From a virus (lineage: Duplodnaviria > Heunggongvirae > Uroviricota > Caudoviricetes): a stretch of 10,126 nt of DNA. The first letter of the stretch is position 1, and each line of letters starts with the position of its first letter. This document shows, in pieces, positions 5,731 through 10,126 of this stretch. The stretch lies in the IMG/VR virus record IMGVR_UViG_2541047830_000006; one strand, given 5' to 3'. The notes under the pieces were generated by a model. The model was not told where the DNA came from. It made no database searches and worked only from the letters and a program-made list of their open reading frames with translations. The translations under genes and the position numbers were made by a program.

Positions 5731-8169
5731 CAATGTAAAATTACAGGTATTGCTCAGGGCTGTTGACCAGGCATCCCGCCCGTTTAAATCCATCCGTACA
5801 GCGAGCAAGTCGCTGTCGGGGGATATCCGGGAAACACAAAAATCACTGCGCGAGCTGAACGGTCACGCATCCCGTATTGAGGGATTCCGCAAGACCAGTG
5901 CACAGCTCGCCGTGACTGGTCATGCATTTGAAAAGGCTCGACAGGAAGCCGAAGCCCTTGCCACACAGTTTAAAAACACCGAACGTCCGACCCGTGCTCA
6001 GGCGAAAGTGCTGGAATCCGCAAAGCGTGCGGCGGAGGACTTACAGGCGAAATATAACCGCCTGACAGATTCCGTTAAACGCCAGCAGCGAGAACTGGCC
6101 GCTGTGGGAATTAATACCCGCAATCTTGCACATGATGAGCAGGGACTGAAAAACCGTATCAGTGAAACCACCGCACAGCTTAACCGTCAGCGTGACGCGC
6201 TGGCGCGTGTCAGTGTACAACAGGCAAAACTTAACGCAGTCAAACAGCGTTATCAGGCAGGAAAGGAACTGGCCGGAAATATGGCCTCAGTGGGCGCTGC
6301 CGGTGCGGGGATTGCTGCTGCGGGAACGATGGCCGGAGTTAAGCTGCTGATGCCCGGTTATGAGTTTGCGCAGAAAAACTCAGAATTGCAGGCCGTGCTC
6401 GGAGTGGCAAAAGACTCCGCCGAAATGACCGCACTCCGCAAACAGGCGCGCCAGCTCGGTGACAACACAGCCGCCTCGGCGGATGATGCGGCCGGTGCGC
6501 AGATTATCATTGCGAAAGCGGGTGGAGATGCTGCGGCTATTCAGGCGGCAACGCCGGTCACGCTGAATATGGCACTGGCGAATCAGCGGTCGATGGAAGA
6601 AAACGCGCAACTGTTGCTGGGGACTAAGGCATCCTTTCAACTGTCAAATGATGATGTCAGCCATGTGGGCGACGTGTTGTCTGCAACGATGAATAAGTCG
6701 GCGCTGATTTTCAGGGACTCAGTGATGCACTGACTTACCTCGGGCCGGTTGCGAGGACGGCAGGCGTAAGTCTTGAGCAGGCAGCGGCCATGACAGGTGT
6801 GCTGCATGACAATAACATCAGGGGGTCAATGGCGGGTACGGGTAGTAGTGCCGTTGTCACCCGATTACAGGCACCGACTGGAAAAGCATGGGATGCACTC
6901 AAAGAGCTTGGCGTTAAAACCTCGGACAAAAAGGGAAATATGCGTCCGTTGTTCACCATTCTGAAAGAGATTCAGGCCAGCTTTGATAAACACAAGCTGG
7001 GAACGTCTCAGAAGGGGGAATACCTTAAAACCATTTTTGGTGAGGAAGCCCTGAAATCAGCGAACGTTTTACTGGCAGCGGCAGCAAGCGGAAAACTGGA
7101 TAAGCTGACCGCCACGCTGAAAGCCTCGGACGGTAAAACGGAAGAGCTGGTTAAAATCATGCAGGATAACCTCGGCGGTGACTTTAAGGAGTTTCAGTCC
7201 GCTTATGAGGCGGTGGGGACTGACCTGTTTGACCAGCAGGAAGGCGCACTGCGTAATCTCACGCAGACGGCCACAAAGTATGTGTTAAAACTCGACGGCT
7301 GGATCCAGAAAAACAAATCACTGGCGTCAACCATCGGCATCATTGTCGGTGGTGCACTGGCACTGATTGGTGTCATCGGTGCCATTGGCCTCGTAGCCTG
7401 GCCGGTTATCACCGGCATCAATGCCATCATCGCGGCAGCAGGCGCAATGGGGGCAATCTTCACGACGGTTGGCAGTGCTGTTATGACCGCCATCGGGGCG
7501 ATTAGCTGGCCGGTTGTGGCCGTGGTGGCCGCCATTGTCGCCGGGGCGTTGCTTATCCGTAAATACTGGGAGCCTGTCAGCGCATTCTTTGGCGGTGTGG
7601 TGGAAGGGCTGAAAGCGGCATTTACGCCGGTGGGGGAACTGTTCACGCCACTTAAACCGGTGTTTGACTGGCTGGGTGAAAAGTTACAGGCCGCGTGGCA
7701 GTGGTTTAAAAACCTGATTGCCCCGGTCAAAGCCACCCAGGACACCCTGAACCGTTGCCGTGACACGGGCGTCATGTTCGGGCAGGCACTGGCTGACGCG
7801 CTGATGCTGCCGCTTAATGCGTTCAACAAACTGCGCAGTGGTATTGACTGGGTACTGGAAAAACTCGGTGTTATCAACAAAGAGTCAGACACACTTGACC
7901 AGACCGCCGCCAGAACTCAAGCCGCCACGTATGGCAGCGGTGGTTATATTCCGGCGACCAGCTCTTATGCAGGTTATCAGGCTTATCAGCCGGTCACGGC
8001 ACCGGCTGGCCGCTCTTATGTAGACCAGAGTAAAAACGAATATCACATCAGCCTGACGGGTGGTACTGCGCCGGGGACACAGCTCGACCGCCAGTTACAG
8101 GATGCGCTCGAAAAATACGAGCGGGATAAACGAGCGCGCGCCCGTGCCAGCATGATGCATGACGGTTAA
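5723..8169 (+). pseudogene. T: Tail tape measure protein gene T, interrupted by a -1 frame change (real frameshift or single-base sequencing error)
   Basis: N-terminal ORF 5723..6733 and C-terminal ORF 6790..8169 (its frame opens at 6697) together span 2447 nt, one short of a multiple of three. Both frames are open only across 6697-6733, which contains the T4 run 6708-6711. The translations read as one continuous P2-T-like protein across the junction (...SATMNKSAL / DFQGLSDALTYLGPVA...). Confidence 0.75.
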
Positions 8170-8183
8170 GGAGGTGACGAAAA

Positions 8184-8663
8184 ATGATGCTCGCGTTAGG
8201 TATGTTTGTTTTTATGCGCCAGACGCTGCCACACCAGACCATGCAGCGTGAATCAGATTATCGCTGGCCGTCAAATTCCCGTATCGGTAAACGGGATGCC
8301 TACCAGTTTCTCGGTGTGGGTGAGGAAAACATGACGCTTGCCGGTGTGCTTTATCCCGAACTGACCGGCGGCAAGCTGACGATGACCACGCTCAGGCTGA
8401 TGGCAGAGGAGGGGCGGGCGTGGCCGTTGCTGGATGGCACCGGCATGATTTACGGCATGTATGTCATCAGCAAGGTGAGTGAAACAGGGAGTATTTTCTT
8501 TGCAGACGGCACACCCCGGAAAATTGATTTTACGCTGTCGCTCACCCGCGTTGATGAATCACTGGCCGCGCTTTATGGCGATATCGGTAAACAGGCGGAA
8601 TCGCTCATCGGTAAGGCTGGCAGTATGGCGACTAAATTCACGGGTATGACGGGGGCGGGATAA
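8184..8663 (+). CDS. U: Tail protein U (P2 gpU-like, 159 aa)
   Basis: AAGGAGG Shine-Dalgarno upstream; full ORF whose length matches P2 U; stop overlaps the D start (TAATG). Confidence 0.9.
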   Translation: MMLALGMFVFMRQTLPHQTMQRESDYRWPSNSRIGKRDAYQFLGVGEENMTLAGVLYPELTGGKLTMTTLRLMAEEGRAWPLLDGTGMIYGMYVISKVSETGSIFFADGTPRKIDFTLSLTRVDESLAALYGDIGKQAESLIGKAGSMATKFTGMTGAG

Positions 8664-9826
8664 TGCTGGATGCACTGACATTTGATGCAGGCAGTACGCT
8701 GACGCCGGATTACATGCTGGTGCTCGACAGCAGGGATATTACCGGCAATATCAGCGACCGTCTGATGAGCATGACCCTGACGGATAACCGGGGCTTTGAG
8801 GCTGACCAGCTTGATATTGAACTGAACGATGCCGACGGGCAGGTCGAGCTGCCGGTTCGTGGCGCTGTCCTGACGGTGTATATCGGCTGGAAAGGTTTTG
8901 CCCTGGTATGCAAAGGGAAATTCACCGTTGATGAGGTTGAACACCGGGGCGCACCGGATGTGGTCACCATCCGCGCCCGGAGTGCAGATTTTCGCGGGAC
9001 GCTCAATTCCCGCCGTGAAGGCTCATGGCATGACACCACGCTCGGTGCGATTGTTGAGGCGATAGCCTCCCGTAACAGGCTGGAAGCCAGTGTCGCGCCG
9101 TCACTGGCAGGAATTAAAATCCCGCACATCGACCAGTCGCAGGAGTCTGATGCGAAATTCCTGACCCGTCTTGCTGAACGCAACGGCGGTGAGGTGTCGG
9201 TAAAAATGGGAAAACTGCTGTTTCTCAAAGCGGGGCAGGGGGTGACGGCCAGCGGTAAAAAAATCCCGCAGATTACCATCACCCGCAGCGACGGCGACCG
9301 TCATCATTTTGCGATTGCTGACCGCGGAGCCTATACAGGCGTAACGGCAAAGTGGTTACACACCAAAGACCCGAAACCGCAAAAGCAGAAGGTAAAACTG
9401 AAACGCAAAAAGAAAGAGAAACACCTGCGCGCACTGGAGCACCCGAAAGCGAAACCGGTCAGGCAGAAGAAAGCGCCTAAAGTACCGGAAGCGCGTGAAG
9501 GTGAATACATGGCCGGTGAGGCTGACAACGTTTTTGCCCTGACCACGGTATATGCCACGAAAGCGCAGGCCATGCGTGCCGCTCAGGCGAAGTGGGATAA
9601 ACTGCAACGGGGCGTTGCGGAGTTCTCCATCAGTCTGGCTACCGGTCGGGCAGATATTTACACGGAAACGCCGGTCAAAGTGTCAGGCTTTAAGCGCGTC
9701 ATAGACGAGCAGGACTGGACAATCACTAAGGTGACACATTTTCTGAATAATAGCGGCTTCACGACGTCCTTAGAGCTTGAGGTCAGGCTTTCTGATGTGG
9801 AGTACGAAACAGAAGGTGATGAGTGA
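8663..9826 (+). CDS. D: Tail protein D (P2 gpD-like, 387 aa)
   Basis: Start is translationally coupled to the U stop. Full-length ORF with a lysine-rich central segment; length matches P2 D. Confidence 0.9.
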   Translation: MLDALTFDAGSTLTPDYMLVLDSRDITGNISDRLMSMTLTDNRGFEADQLDIELNDADGQVELPVRGAVLTVYIGWKGFALVCKGKFTVDEVEHRGAPDVVTIRARSADFRGTLNSRREGSWHDTTLGAIVEAIASRNRLEASVAPSLAGIKIPHIDQSQESDAKFLTRLAERNGGEVSVKMGKLLFLKAGQGVTASGKKIPQITITRSDGDRHHFAIADRGAYTGVTAKWLHTKDPKPQKQKVKLKRKKKEKHLRALEHPKAKPVRQKKAPKVPEAREGEYMAGEADNVFALTTVYATKAQAMRAAQAKWDKLQRGVAEFSISLATGRADIYTETPVKVSGFKRVIDEQDWTITKVTHFLNNSGFTTSLELEVRLSDVEYETEGDE

Positions 9827-9844
9827 TGTGTTTTATTTATCTGT

Positions 9845-9873
9845 TTGTTTTGTAAGGATAAATTAACTAAAAT
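9845..9873 (+). promoter_or_regulatory. Candidate sigma70 promoter for ogr (-35 TTGTTT, 17-bp spacer, -10 TAAAAT)
   Basis: TTGTTT 9845-9850 and TAAAAT 9868-9873, about 35 nt before the ogr ATG. Consistent with ogr being transcribed from its own promoter in P2. Confidence 0.5.
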
Positions 9874-9907
9874 GGCACCGTCAACAAAACCGGAAGAGGT
9901 GCTCGCG

Positions 9908-10126
9908 ATGTTTCATTGTCCTTTATGCCAGCATGCCGCACATGCGCGTACAAGCCGCTATATCACTGACACGACAAAAGAGCGTTATCACCAGTGTCAG
10001 AACGTGAATTGCAGCGCCACGTTCATCACCTATGAGTCGGTACAGCGATACATCGTGAAGCCGGGAGAAGTCCACGCCGTAAGGCCGCACCCGTTGCCGT
10101 CAGGGCAGCAAATTATGTGGATGTAA
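9908..10126 (+). CDS. ogr: Late gene transcriptional activator Ogr (zinc-finger, 72 aa)
   Basis: MFHCPLCQHAAHARTSRYITDTTKERYHQCQNVNCSATF... carries the Cys4 motif and is recognised as P2 Ogr. GAAGAGG Shine-Dalgarno upstream; stop codon is the last three bases of the window. Confidence 0.9.
   Translation: MFHCPLCQHAAHARTSRYITDTTKERYHQCQNVNCSATFITYESVQRYIVKPGEVHAVRPHPLPSGQQIMWM

Noticed and set aside
6790-8169. 459-aa ORF as an independent gene
   Set aside because: It is the C-terminal portion of the tape measure gene T, separated from the N-terminal part only by a one-base frame change; not a separate gene.
3539-9607. Many reverse-strand and alternative-frame ORFs inside FI, FII, E, T, U and D (for example 3539..3850, 4049..4312, 4902..5225, 5258..5647, 6380..6640, 7203..7892, 8710..9282, 9356..9607, 3679..3879, 4885..5142, 6162..6350, 7817..8023)
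   Set aside because: All lie within recognisable P2-family coding regions on the + strand. GC-rich coding DNA commonly yields long antisense ORFs, and none has independent support.
9845-9907. N-terminal extension of ogr from TTG 9845 (93-aa version)
   Set aside because: The recognisable Ogr protein starts at ATG 9908 with its own Shine-Dalgarno; the upstream stretch overlaps the candidate ogr promoter and is most likely untranslated.

Overview
This window is the tail/late-gene end of a P2-like myovirus prophage in an enterobacterial genome. It holds the last 43 codons of a tail fiber assembly gene (1-129), a ~1.9 kb visibly AT-rich cargo island (130-2047) at the tail-fiber/FI junction, an intact IS10 (2048-3376) with a perfect 9-bp target duplication, and the conserved FI-FII-E/E'-T-U-D-ogr block (3525-10126). 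The cargo island carries a 125-aa three-helix membrane protein gene on the reverse strand with its own promoter and bidirectional terminator, a 158-aa TTG-initiated ORF I do not recognise on the forward strand, and two copies of a 25-nt hairpin-forming repeat. The tape measure gene T is one base out of frame, so the prophage may be tail-defective unless this is a sequencing error. The cargo island is the best candidate for an undescribed defence or exclusion system; I cannot assign its genes to any known family from sequence alone. All calls rest on reading the sequence and on remembered P2 and IS10 biology; no database search was run.
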